A DNA stretch of 64,000 nt. Source: Octopus vulgaris (Eukaryota). Shown here piece by piece: positions 1 through 14,645 of this stretch. The stretch covers positions 44,888,001 to 44,952,000 of the forward strand of contig OX597837.1 of NCBI GenBank assembly GCA_951406725.2. The letters run 5' to 3'. The position numbers and the translations under genes were made by a program. How positions within the stretch are numbered: the first letter of the stretch is position 1; every line of letters begins with the position of its first letter. The notes under the pieces were generated by a model. The model was not told the DNA's origin. It ran no database searches and worked only from the letters and a program-made list of their open reading frames with translations.

Positions 1-45
<45 letters not shown>

Positions 46-57
46 TATATATATATT

Positions 58-97
<40 letters not shown>

Positions 98-217
98 CAC
101 ACACATATATATGCTTATATATACAAGCAAAAATAGCTAGTTCTAAAATCTCAAGAATTGATCAGAGTAGTAACTATACAAAAAGTAGTCAGTCGCCACA
201 TTATCACACACACACTC

Positions 218-304
<87 letters not shown>

Positions 305-427
305 TATATATGCATGTATGTATATATATGCCTATTTATCTGTATCTTTGCATCTTTCTATATCCATCCATCCATCCATCCATACATACATACATACATA
401 CTTACATATATACATACATACATAAAT

Positions 428-482
<55 letters not shown>

Positions 483-883
483 TACATATATATATACATT
501 ACATATATATATTCAATTTTAGATAGGTGGATGTTTATATGCAGTAATGTTTGTATGTATGGGTACGTACATACATGCCTACATGCATAGTCATACATAT
601 CAACACATGTGTATACATTCGTCTATCATAACTTTCTGAAGAACTTTCCTAAAAACAAAGTATACATTTAATCTAATTTTTCAGATCTACGTGAAAGATA
701 ACAATTCTGTTTAACATATTTAAAAAAAATAATTTCGGTGTGTAAAGATGCCTCCATACACGCAAACGTATTTGCACAGCTGTATTATTAGAACTTACAT
801 GCAATCACATATGTAACACATGCATAATACATACGTAACATAATACATACAAGCATACACACACATATATACATCCACATATA

Positions 884-1023
884 CAGGGTGTCCCTAAAAA
901 ATGTATTCACACATTGAAGCAGTATAAAGTCAGTTTTTATCAAAATGTATTTCAAAATTAATTACAATCTACAAACACATTTTAACTTTTCTACGAATGG
1001 ATGTTTTCAGTTTGAACACCCTA
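884..1023. mobile_element. Small Tc1/mariner-type MITE remnant
   Basis: TA-CAGGGTGTCCC at the left; TTTGAACACCCT (reverse complement AGGGTGTTCAAA) at the right; imperfect TIRs. Confidence 0.45.
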
Positions 1024-1161
1024 ATATTTCCAAATATCACGAAACATTTCATTCGCTTTTTATGCGTCTCCCCCTTCACTGGCTGCCATGAATTCATTGC
1101 TGGCTTTGTACTCTACGTTTTATTTTTTTAAGCATTCCCAAAAACAAAACTGTAGTGGTAT

Positions 1162-1396
1162 AGGCGGCGAGCTGGCAGAAACGTTAGCACTCCGGGCGAA
1201 ATGCGTAGCCGTATTTCATCTGCCGTTATGTTCTGAGTTCAAATTCCGCCGAGGTCGACTTTGCCTTTCATCCTTTCGGGGTCGATTAAATAAGTACCAG
1301 TTACGCACTGGGATCGATGTAATCGATTTAATGCATGTGTCTGTCCTTGTTTGTCCCCTCTGCGTTTAGCCCTTTGTGGGTAGTAAAGAAATAGGT
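1162..1396 (+). mobile_element. tRNA-derived SINE family A
   Basis: Head GGCGGCGAGCTGGCAGAAACGTTAGC, B-box GAGTTCAAATTCC, core GTCGACTTTGCCTTTCATCCTTTCGGGGTCGAT; more than 10 copies in the window. Confidence 0.9.
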
Positions 1397-1399
1397 ATA

Positions 1400-1667
1400 G
1401 GCGTAGGAGTGGCTGTGTGGTAAGTAGTTTGCTTACGAACCACATGGTTCCAGGCTCAGTCCCACTGTATGACACCTTGTACAAGTGTCTTCTGCCGACC
1501 AAAGCCATGTGAGTGGATTTGGTAGACGAAAACTGAAAGAAGCCAGTCGTATACATGTATATATATATATGTATGTGCGTGTATATGTTTGTGTGTCTGT
1601 GCTTTCCCACCGCCGCCACCATCGCTTGACAACCGATGCTGGTGTGTTTACGTCCCCGTAACTTAGC
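1400..1667 (+). mobile_element. tRNA-derived SINE family B (3' truncated), with internal TA/TG microsatellite
   Basis: Head GGCGTAGGAGTGGCTGTGTGGTAAG; matches the full copy at 62565-63010. Confidence 0.9.
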
Positions 1668-1704
1668 ATAGATTGACTTGAACTCTGGCAATATGTTACT
1701 AGTA

Positions 1705-1981
1705 CAATAATGTTTCGATATACGAGTTAATTTCTTCCCGGAAATCACTCGTAAAACGAAAACTCGTAAAACAGAGTAGCAATTTCTCATAGTAGCAATG
1801 AAATTTTATGCCCTCATTTCACTCCCGCGCTGTGTAGACAAGACAGAACCAGCGTCGCCACCTGTTGCGACGTTGCCATACACACACAATGGTTATTTGA
1901 CCTTTTTATATTTATTGTAAAACAAAACTCGTAAACCAGGGGTCTCGTAAAGCGGGGTCCCCGTTAAGTAAGGTATTACTG
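1705..1981. mobile_element. Tigger/pogo-like MITE
   Basis: TA flanks; ends CAATAATGTTTCGATATACGAG and GTAAGGTATTACTG; repeated subterminal CTCGTAAA motifs. Confidence 0.6.
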
Positions 1982-2151
1982 TACTTTCCTGACATTGTGG
2001 AGCACTTCAATATCCGCGGTCGTGCCGCAACGTTTCTTGTGGACATTCTAAATAGATCTATGCGCTACAGACTGATCTTTAATTCGAGAGATACATACAG
2101 ACATACACACACACACACACACACAAATATATATATATAATATATATATAA

Positions 2152-2221
<70 letters not shown>

Positions 2222-3019
2222 TTTAATATTTGTAGACATTTTGTAATAAAGATGATACGATTTCACACCCGACACATCAGTGTCCTTGTTTCTTTCTTAT
2301 TTTTGCCTCCTAACAGATTGTATATATAAAAATCGACAAAATTTACCAAAAGAATAGCAGAAAGTATCGACTAAAATTTAAAAAAGTATTAAATAAAATT
2401 ATGATATGAAAATTATAAAAATCAGGTAAATAATCCATATCTTCGCGGGTCATTCCAAAAGGTCTCTGGTTCAATATCGTTTGAGCACGTCTCCCATGCA
2501 GTCCTTTATGTATTCTTCTTCTTTTCCAATCGAAATAAACATAATTTCTAATTTACTTTTTCTTGTATATATATATATATATAAAAAATTAATGGTTATC
2601 GACAATTTTTTTGTTTCGGCGTATCTGGCATTAGAGTTTTTCTTCTGCCCTTATCTTGTAAATTATGTATAAATTTTACCTTTAAAGGCATTTTTTGATA
2701 TGCTGGCCATTGATAAAATTTTTTTCCCGAAAAAAATGTTATCCTATATCAATTATATATATATATATTTGTATGTATGTATTCTAATGCAAGCAGTCGC
2801 GCCTCCCTCTTGTAGTGTCTGTTGCTGAGGAGAAGATAACTACTCCACACAATGCAAGCATCCGACAGTGTAGCTTCAGGCCGCTAAGATGGGAAATATT
2901 CTCCATCACAAAATACAGTGGCCGACTTTCTTACGGGTTCGAATATGCCACAAGCATATTTGAATTGGTAATAAGTTCATATTCATACACAACATTGCTA
3001 AGCGCTTCGATATCACCTA

Positions 3020-3454
<435 letters not shown>

Positions 3455-3790
3455 AAGCCAAGGATCGCCTCCGGTGTACGGAATACAGAAATAGCTTATG
3501 TATTTACAACGTCAGTTTTATGTTATCGAAAGCTGTCTAAACCGAAGCTCATCTGACAACCAAGCTGTGAATCTAAACGACCGATGCTTCGACAGACAAC
3601 ACAGGGATATCTCGTTTCCTCTTCTTATAAGAATTCTTGCAACGTATCTTTACTTCTAATATTTATTTTTTTATTTTTTTATTTATTTATTTATTTATTT
3701 TTTGTTATAAGAATTATGATCGAGAGAACAGCGCCTCAGAACAATCTTACTGCACTGTGCCGTGGCATTTCTCATCACTTTTAAATATAA

Positions 3791-4188
3791 CTAGCAGTAT
3801 CGCACGGCGTTGCTCGGGTTTGTAAGGGAAATAACTATATAAGCATTTTTAGAGAGTTATAGCCAAAAATAGCAAAAAATGCATTAAAAATGGAAAAAAA
3901 ATGATGGTAATTTTTTTTAAATTGTTGACTCATCGTAGACATTTTTAGAGAGTTACTTCCCTTATATAATAGCGAAAAAATGCATTAAAATGGAATAAAA
4001 AAATGATGGTAATTTTTTTTTTAAATCGTTAGACTCATCGTAGACGCGCGCTAATACCCAGAAGGGCTCGATATGAATCACGACTATAAGATACCCGGTT
4101 TTGGTTAAACTGCACCGCAAAATGTGGGAGTAGTTAGGAATCTAAATCGTAGGAGACAGACACACAACTTGACTTTTATATATAAAGA
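3791..4188 (-). mobile_element. Non-autonomous Helitron
   Basis: On the minus strand: A|TC 5' start, subterminal hairpin (CCCGAGCAACGCCGTG) and CTAG|T 3' end; internal ~97 bp tandem duplication (3843-4045). Confidence 0.8.
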
Positions 4189-4593
4189 TAAATACTAGAC
4201 GCAAGCCTGGCTGTGTGGTTAAGGAATGTTCTTTACACTCCCCTGGATTCAGGTTCAGTCCCGCTGTCCGACATTCAGAGAAGTGTCTTCTACTTATAGC
4301 CCCTGGTCGACCAATGACTTATGAGTAAATTTCATAGACGGAAACTGCTTGAAAACCTTATATATAAAACTGGAGAAAGTCACATATTTAACTGAGAATT
4401 GCACCATGCATTTCCAAGGCCCGAAACTTTGGGGTCGATTAGATCGACCCCAGTATGCAACTGGTACTTAATTTATCGACCCCGAAATGATGAAAAGTAA
4501 AGTCGACGTTATGTCTGCAATTAAAAAAAAGGTATAAGATACAATTCAAATTGGATACCTGAAAATGTAAACCTGGATTTATTAATCTCTATA

Positions 4594-4627
<34 letters not shown>

Positions 4628-5277
4628 ATGCGTATATGTATATGTGTATGTGAATGTATGTATGTATCCATGCACTTGTGTATGTATGTTGATGTATATG
4701 TGTGGCTTTTGTGTTTGTGTCTGTCACCCGCTACCATTGCTTGACAACCGGTGTCGGTTTGTTTACGTGCCTGTCAATTAGCGGTTCAGTATAAGAGTTT
4801 GATAGGATTAGTGCCAGACTTAAACCATAAGTATATCGCTTCATTGGTTCGATAAAACCATTTCAAGGCGGTGCACCAGCATGGCCACGGATAAAATGTA
4901 AGAGATTACGCGACAACCTGTAAAAGTAAAAATAATATAGGAGACGCAAAAGCACTGAGAGGCGGTGCTCCAGCATGGCCTCAGCCTTTGGTTGAAACCA
5001 GTAAAATAATAAAAGAATACAAGAATATATGTGTGTGCCTCTGTGTGTGTATATGTGTACACCTGAGTGAATGCGTGTGCGTGCGTGCGTGCGTGCGTGC
5101 GTGTGTGTGCGTGTGTGTGAATGTGTGTGTATGTGTGTGTGTGTTGCTATCTTCTTTCTTACAGATTAAATTACCGGATGTATGCATATGTTAACGTGTA
5201 TACTTCTTCATATTAACAGGTGACTGACATTAAGAAGTGTGTCTGCTTCTCCAGTGAAATATAAACTTCATCTATAG

Positions 5278-5643
5278 TCACATTTCGTATATCAAAACCA
5301 ACGCGCACATTTTAATTCTTCTACTTAAAGATGGCAGTAGAAGAATACGTGTCAGTATGTCTCCTTTTTCACCCGAGGACAACAGCCTTTCAAGACTATT
5401 ATTTAAAGATCTAGAAGCCAAAGAAAGTCTACAATAGTTGCCGATAGATTTGTTAAATAATAATTCCGGAAGTTGTAGGTTTAGAAGCCATTTCAGTAAT
5501 GATATTTTTTTGTGACATTTAATTTTAATGCATTCTTCACATCTATTGGCCAATTGACCTCTGCGAGAACACAAAAGTGGATCAGCAGATTCCGAAGATA
5601 TTAATGACTGTCTCGAACTGTGAATAATTAGTAATAAGAATTT
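5278..5643 (-). other. Candidate terminal exon or unexplained ORF
   Basis: Acceptor-like TTATTTCTCTATAG followed by about 121 stop-free codons in non-repetitive AT-rich DNA; no recognisable domain. Confidence 0.25.
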
Positions 5644-6079
5644 CTATAGAGAAATAATTTCTTTTATGGCGAGAAAGAAGATAAGAGAATTCGTGATTTG
5701 GTCATTAGCTGATGTAAACCTCTGCACGAAATGGCGGATCTTTTCGTCTTGAATCTCACAGTAAATAAATGGAGATCAGTTAAGAAACGTTTCTTTGAAC
5801 AATACATAAATCTGGTTTTCATCTACACGTTCACTCGCACGCATACAAACACACATATACACACACATACACACTCACACAAACACAGTGAAACGAACAC
5901 ACATGCAAACATTTACTCATTCTTGCTTTCTTTCATCGCAAATATGACATTCCATGACTTTGGTATGACTTTACAAGCTTTCGCCACATTGGTCGGTTTT
6001 CGGTTTGTGTCTGCCATTTATTACGATGATCGATTCCTTTCCACTTCGTGTTCCTTTTTGCAGTATCTGGGAATCTCAG

Positions 6080-6445
6080 TCTAGGTCATCCATGGTTTCT
6101 TTTCCCTTTGCAGACTTGGAAGCAAAGGAGTTGTCTGGGGTGTCTGTTGTTGTCCCTCCTGTCTACACATCGGCTGCGGGGTCACTCCGAAAAGCTCTAT
6201 CTGCGACGATTTCATCTCAATCGAAGGAGAGGGGCTTTCTCCGTCCGGGTTGCGGATCCGTGGAATAAGCTGCCGCACGAGATAGTGAAGATGCCGACGA
6301 CCGCTCAGTTCAAAGTATCCCTTGACCACAAATGGCCTGAACACTTTGCATAAACACCACCCTGTACATAACTCCATGTCCCCCTACATGGGCTTGCTTT
6401 TTGCTTTTTGAGCCCAAAAATTAACTTAACTTAACTTAACTTAAC
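6080..6445 (+). mobile_element. CR1-clade LINE 3' fragment with (TTAAC)n tail
   Basis: RLRGHSEKL...RRRGAFSVRVADPWNKLP...FKVSLD matches the CR1 ORF2 C-terminus pattern; short 3' UTR and pentamer tail. Confidence 0.85.
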
Positions 6446-6875
6446 ATCCCAGCCAACGTAAATTTCTGCCAATGAGAATCTCCATCATAGGAGACAGACC
6501 AGCACTCCGTAGGATCTCTTCATTTCTGTTCTTATCAAAGAGACTTATATATTCATGATCCGTCGTAGCTGTCACATTCATATACGCATATAATCTGTCT
6601 ACTGGAGCTTTATAGACTGTCCAGGTTTCAGTTCCTTGCAGCAAGGAAGAGAGCACTCGTATCTGATATACCTTATAACATTTGACCCGTATAGAAACAT
6701 GCCTATTTTCCCACACGCCCCTTCTGCAGCCTGCCAAATGGAGCACTAACTCTGTTCATTCCGTCTGTAATTTCCTGGTCCAGTTGTGCATTACTTGAGA
6801 GGGTGCAGCCTAGGTATTTTCATGTTTCGCACTGAACCAGCCCTTCATATCTAATAGGGATGTTTTCTTCATTTA
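6446..6875 (-). mobile_element. RTE-clade LINE fragment (RT domain 7 to thumb), decayed
   Basis: KYLGCTLSSN...KVY..VLSSLLQGTETWTVY...LRWLG motifs. Confidence 0.85.
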
Positions 6876-7284
6876 TGGAGGCAAATAGGTTCTCCACACA
6901 TTCACACACACGTATACGTCGTATGTGTGGCTAACAAATCTCTTTATCAACCACATGGTTATGGGTTCAGTCCTCCTGCAAGACAATTTGAGCAAGTGCT
7001 TCCTACCATATCCTCAGACCAAAATAACTTGTGTGCGAATTTGGTACATGGAAAATTCGTGAAAGCCCGTCGAAAATACACACATACACATGCACATAAA
7101 CACACACACATACATAAATACAAACACACACATACATATATGTACGTATATGCATATGTATGTATGTCTTTGTATTTATGATCCCCACCCCGTTTAATAA
7201 TCAGTGTTGGTTTGTTTATGTCCCTGCTGTAACATATCGGGCAAGACGGTTCACCAGCAAAAATACCAAATATGTATATATATG

Positions 7285-7315
<31 letters not shown>

Positions 7316-7438
7316 GTCTATCCGTCTATCTGTCTGTTTGTCCGTCTGTCTATCTATCCATCCATCTTTCTTTCTCTCTCTCTTTCTTTCTATCTATCTA
7401 TCAATCTATACACACACGCGCGCACACACATATACACG

Positions 7439-7662
7439 CGATGGGGTACTGAAAAATTCCTGGTTTTGGGTAAGAGAAAATACAGTTAATTATCAGTTAA
7501 TTATGATTTTATCCACCAGATTCCCTTCTCAGATTCACACACTAATTTCAGCGGAAATTCAGTTTTTCTAAGCCCTGCAACTCGAAACTCGGAACCCTCG
7601 GCCTCCAACCAGGACTTTGGCGATACCTTAAAAGCCAGAAACTCTTCAGCACCCTCCCATCG
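7439..7662. mobile_element. Mariner-derived MITE
   Basis: About 30 bp imperfect TIRs: CGATGGGGTACTGAAAAATTCCTGGTTTT and AAAGCCAGAAACTCTTCAGCACCCTCCCATCG. Confidence 0.65.
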
Positions 7663-7867
7663 TCTACGTATTTGTGTGTTTTATGTAGCGATGCGTATCT
7701 ATGCGTGCCTATGTACGCGTTGAAGTTGACATTTGCAGTTGAGCCGAGAGGAGCCTGTCAAGGTCGACTTCTGTTTCGCTGAAGCCGTACAATGCACCTG
7801 GCTGAACTTGAAGCTGCTTTTCTCTTCTTTGTCTCAGCATTGAGTGCAAGTGTCACACATGCACAGG

Positions 7868-9330
<1,463 letters not shown>

Positions 9331-9404
9331 CTGGAACGCCTTGAAAACCATTAGCGTTAAGCAAACACTTAATGGTAAATGGCATCGGTTGACTCTGCGT
9401 CTGT

Positions 9405-10006
9405 GCGTGTGTGTGTGTGTGTGTGTCGTTTTATTTGTATGTGTGTGTGTGTGTGTGTGTGCTGTTTCATCTGTGTGTGTATGTGAGTTTATTGTGTGTG
9501 TGTGTGTGTCGTTTTATTTGTATGTGTGCGCGTGTGTGTGTGTGCTGTTTCATCTGTGTGTATATGTGGGTTTATTTGTGTGTGTGTGTGTTGTTTTATT
9601 TGTATGTGTGTGTGTGTGTGTGTGTGTGTTGTTTCATCTATGTGTGTATGTGAGTTTATTTGTGTGTGTGTGTGTGTATCGTTTTATTTGTATGTGTGTG
9701 TGTGTTGTTTCATCTGTGTGTGTATGTGAGCTTATTTGTGTGTGTGTGTGTGTTGTTTCATCTATGTGTGTATGTGAGTTTATTTGTGTGTGTGTGTGTC
9801 GTTTTATTTGTATGTGTGTGTATATGTGAGTTTATTTGTGTGTGTGTGTGTATCGTTTTATTTGTATGTGTGTGTGTGTGTGTGCTGTTTCATCTGTGTG
9901 TGTATGTGAGTATATTTGTGTGTGTGTGTGTGTCGTTTTATTTGTATGTGTGTGGGTGTTGTTTCGTCTGTGTGTGTATGTGAGTTTATTTGTGTGTGTG
10001 TGTGAG
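9405..10006. repeat. Higher-order compound minisatellite built on (GT)n
   Basis: Spacers CGTTTTATTTGTAT, GTTTCATCT and ATGTGAGTTTATTT recur in order between (GT)n runs. Confidence 0.9.
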
Positions 10007-10008
10007 TT

Positions 10009-10040
<32 letters not shown>

Positions 10041-10287
10041 GGTATATCTGAGTGTGAAAGTGTATGTAAAGTTATGTGTGTGTATATGTGCGCCTGTGTG
10101 CGCCTGTGTGCGACTGAACGATCCTGTCTCTCTGCATCTGTGTGAATCCTGTGTACCTGTGTTGGTGTGTGCCCCTGTGTGAGTGAATGTGTGTTTGAGT
10201 ATGTGTGTTTGAGTATGTGTGTATGAGTAGATCTACCTGTACGTGTGTTTATACATATATACTTCTCTATGTTCGTGTCTTTACACG

Positions 10288-10353
<66 letters not shown>

Positions 10354-10554
10354 ACTCCTTTATTCGCTCATTAACTTTCTCTGAATTCTAGCCGATTACA
10401 TAGATAGATAGATACATACATACATACATACATACATACATAAATACACATATATCCATATACATGCATACGTGTGTATGTGTGTATGTTTGTGTGTCTA
10501 CGTGTGTTTGCACGCGTGTGTGTGTGTTATATATATACATACACATACATACAT

Positions 10555-10613
<59 letters not shown>

Positions 10614-10766
10614 CATATTTCTTTACTACCCACAAGGGGCTAAACACATATATATGTATATATACACATATACATACATGTAAATGCATATTTACGTACA
10701 TGCATGCAAACATAGGCATATACACACCTACAACAACACTTACACATATATATATGTTTATGTAAA

Positions 10767-10825
<59 letters not shown>

Positions 10826-11296
10826 GCGTGTATATATATATATATACATGCACACACACACATAGACGCCTATATGCATAAATATACACACATATAGTCG
10901 TGGTGAATACACGCACATAGAAAGGATAACCCGTTGGGTAATACACGTCTAGTTAATGCAATGGGGAAGGAATTATCCATCATTTATACAAAAAAGGAAA
11001 AAAAAATTGAACAAATGTTCCAATTGAGGCCTCATTAAAACAGAAGCCTTAGGGACCAGATCGGGGACAGGGGAAAGAAAACGTCCGTAGCAGTGGGAAT
11101 TAGTTGCCCAGCAGATGTTAATATAATGGTGAAGATTAACCGAAAGAGAAAACATGCGAAGTAATGATATATCTGTAGATATTCCGCGAAAGCAATGTCA
11201 TCTATGCTTGCACGGATGCATTAGTATGACCCACGCGTATATGCATACATACCTGCTTCATGTATATACATGTGTACATGCTTTATATACATACAC

Positions 11297-11348
<52 letters not shown>

Positions 11349-11362
11349 GTGTGTATATATAC

Positions 11363-11394
<32 letters not shown>

Positions 11395-11416
11395 GTATAT
11401 GTGTATATATATATAC

Positions 11417-11447
<31 letters not shown>

Positions 11448-11483
11448 TACATATATACATACATATATATATATATGTATATA

Positions 11484-11607
<124 letters not shown>

Positions 11608-11927
11608 CATATATACACACATATATATATATACACACATATATATATATTCACACGCACTGGGCTTTCAAAATTATGGAAACATCTTGTTAAATGGAAA
11701 TTTCATTATTCGTTAATATGGAGTTGGTCCACCTTTGGCATCAATCAGAGCTTTTATATTAAGGAATTGGCTCGTACGGATATAAGCGGTTGTTAGGGGA
11801 ATTTTGAGCTGCTCTTGTAAGTCTTTCAGCAACGATGGAGGAAAGAAGCGGCGCTGCAGTTACCTATTTTGCTCTCTATGAAACTGACGGGATGCGTTAG
11901 GGTCTTTAACCCTCGGCGATGGAGTAG

Positions 11928-11980
11928 TGGGTCACTAATGAAGATTAACCAAATCTGAAATCAGCGCTGATATGACTCCA
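11928..11980 (+). ncRNA. Type I hammerhead-ribozyme-like motif (G5A variant)
   Basis: TGGGTCA-CTAATGA-AGATT aacca AATCT-GAA-ATCAGCGCTGAT-A-TGACTCCA; all three helices can pair and helix III is palindromic. Confidence 0.6.
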
Positions 11981-12170
11981 TCTCACGTGCCGGCGGAAGG
12001 GGGCGTGTTTCCTTTGTCAGTCGTTAGAAAAGTGCTCTCACATGACTAAGAATTGTTTTGGCTCTTATTTCTAACACATTAATGACGACTATACGTGTGT
12101 GCATGTATGTATGTATATATGTATGTATGTGTGTATGTATGCATGTATGTATGTATGTATGTATATATGT

Positions 12171-12415
12171 GTAGATCGCCATGTTGATTCGCTAGCCTCT
12201 GCACGCATTTTTTTTCTCTCCTTCTTTCTGTGTTTCTTCTCTGTGTATCTTTCTGTTGAAGAGCGTAGGCTCGAAACGTTAATGACTTGTTTTATTTAAT
12301 ATTTCCTGAGCGCCATACTAATACAATTGTTTGTTTGTATTCCACCTGCCTTCGTCTTTTGTTTATTTCCGTAAACCTGCCTTCGTCTTTTGTCTATTTT
12401 CATAAAGCTTCCCGT
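12171..12415 (+). mobile_element. Penelope-like non-coding element, subfamily 1, with hammerhead-like motif at 12249-12284
   Basis: CTTT-CTGTTGA-A-GAGC gtag GCTC-GAAACGTT; ends in (TA)n; homologous to 12438-12643, 42178-42224 and 54410-54559. Confidence 0.7.
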
Positions 12416-12437
12416 TATATATATATATATATATATA

Positions 12438-12641
12438 GGGAGAGTTCACGAAAAAAACAAAAGACAAAGACAGGTGGTGTACAAAACAAACAGATGTATT
12501 AATATAACGCTCAGGAACAGAAAAAGTCTTTTACGTTTCGAGCCTACGCTCTTCTTTAGAAAGGGACACAGAAAAAGAAAAGGAGAGAAACAAGGAGAGA
12601 AAAAAATATGTGTAGTGGCAACCGATTTATCATGGCGACTA

Positions 12642-12643
<2 letters not shown>
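12438..12643 (-). mobile_element. Penelope-like non-coding element, subfamily 1, inverted, with hammerhead-like motif at 12528-12563
   Basis: Minus strand CTTT-CTAAAGA-A-GAGC gtag GCTC-GAAACGTA-AAAG; flanked by (TA)n on both sides. Confidence 0.7.
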
Positions 12644-12688
<45 letters not shown>

Positions 12689-12694
12689 GCATAA

Positions 12695-12950
12695 TGTTAA
12701 CGAATTTAGAAACAGGAAGCATCTATGGCAAGCTAATGAGAATTCTGCCGAGACTCTAACCGGAATATAATTTTAGATTTATACCTGTAATTATTAGCGT
12801 AATTGAATATTTTACTAATTGCTGCAGTAAACGTCTTGAAAAATGGACTTCATAAAACTAGAAGACAAAACTAATTAAGAAACTCCATCTCGAAGACGTC
12901 AGTGGAACTGTGAAAATATTTAAAATATTAAAGAAATTTAGCTTGTAATA
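12695..12950 (+). mobile_element. Decayed C-terminus of an RLE-type (R4-like) non-LTR element
   Basis: YGKLMRIL..L*PEYNFRFIPVIISVIEY ... VSGTVKIFKI resembles the IPIIIGALG...GT.KI terminus. Confidence 0.45.
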
Positions 12951-13009
12951 ATCGCTCATATACAAAGGCATAAACATGAAAGAATACGGATGCACACGTA
13001 CAGTCACAT

Positions 13010-13555
13010 GCACGTGTGCATACATACATGTATACATGCATACTTGCCTACATAATTATATGTATACATACATCCTTACGTACATGAATAATTACGTGAA
13101 TAAATACATACATAAATACATACATAAATACATACAAATATATATACACGCATACATACATATATACATATATACATACATACATGCATGCATGCATACA
13201 TACATACATACATGCATACATACAAACATACATACATACATACATACATACATACATACATACATACATACATACAAACATACATACATACATATATACA
13301 TACATACGTACATGCATACATACATACATGCATACATACATACATACATACATACATACATACATACATACATACATACATACATACATACATACATACA
13401 TGCATGCATACATACAAACATACATACATACATATATACATACATACGTACATGCATACATACATACATACATACATACATACATACATACAAACATACA
13501 TACATACATATATACATACATACGTACATGCATACATACATACATACATACATAC

Positions 13556-13586
<31 letters not shown>

Positions 13587-13608
13587 CATGCATACATACA
13601 TACATATA

Positions 13609-13642
<34 letters not shown>

Positions 13643-13896
13643 CATACATACATAATACATACATGATGGCTGCCCCCTCGTCATCGAGTATGGCCATTGC
13701 ACGAAGCTTAACTGTTATTGGTGCTGTGATCGAATGTGACTTTTTAACCCAGCTAAAGATCTACAATGTCTTGTACAGAATTGGCAACTAAAACCTTTAC
13801 CAGTAATAGCCGGCTGTAGTTGTGACTGGGCTTCATGTACCTTTGCATGTCGTTTAAGTCCTCCTGCCGAATTACACTCTCTTCCACATGTCTGAC

Positions 13897-13927
<31 letters not shown>

Positions 13928-14645
13928 CATACATACATACATACTACCTACATACATACATACATACATACATACATACATACATTAATACATTCATTCA
14001 TACATACATACATACATACATACATACATACATACATACATACATTCATACATACATACATACATACATACATACATACATACATACACACATACATACA
14101 TACATACATACATACATACATACATACACACATACATACATACACACATACATACATACATACATACATACATACATACATACATACATACATACATACA
14201 CACATACATACATACACACATACATACATACATACATACATACATACATACACATACATACATACATACATACATACATACATACATACATACATACACA
14301 CATACATACATACATACATACATACATACATACATACATACATACATACACACATACATACATACATACATACATACATACATACACACATGCATACATA
14401 CATACATACACACATACATACATACACACATACATACATACATACATACATACATACATACACACATACATACATACATACATACATACATACATACACA
14501 CATACATACATACATACATACATACATACATACATACATACATACATACATACATACATACATACATACATACATACATACATACATACACACATACATA
14601 CATACATACATACATACATACATACATACATACATACATGCATGC
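13010..14645. repeat. (TACA)n arrays flanking an RTE 3' fragment
   Basis: Direct reading of the sequence. Confidence 0.97.
13665..13895 (-). mobile_element. RTE-type LINE 3' end with two C2H2 zinc-finger-like motifs
   Basis: TCGRECNSAGGLKRHAKVH...CQFCTRHCRSLAGLKSHIRSQH*, then a short 3' UTR running into (TGTA)n. Confidence 0.75.

Noticed and set aside
2250-2286. Hammerhead-like words CTGATG...GAAA on the minus strand; similar partial words at about 28470, 40975, 47680 and 51117
   Set aside because: Helices do not pair or a core half is missing.
5164-5264. Plus-strand microexon pair (IKLPD / VTDIKKCVCFSSEI*)
   Set aside because: It would require an intron of only about 41 nt; likely chance.
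13715-13895. Host C2H2 zinc-finger gene (a family expanded in octopus)
   Set aside because: No TGEKP linker or splice context; the GLxSHxR motif and the 3' UTR with (TGTA)n tail fit an RTE C-terminus.
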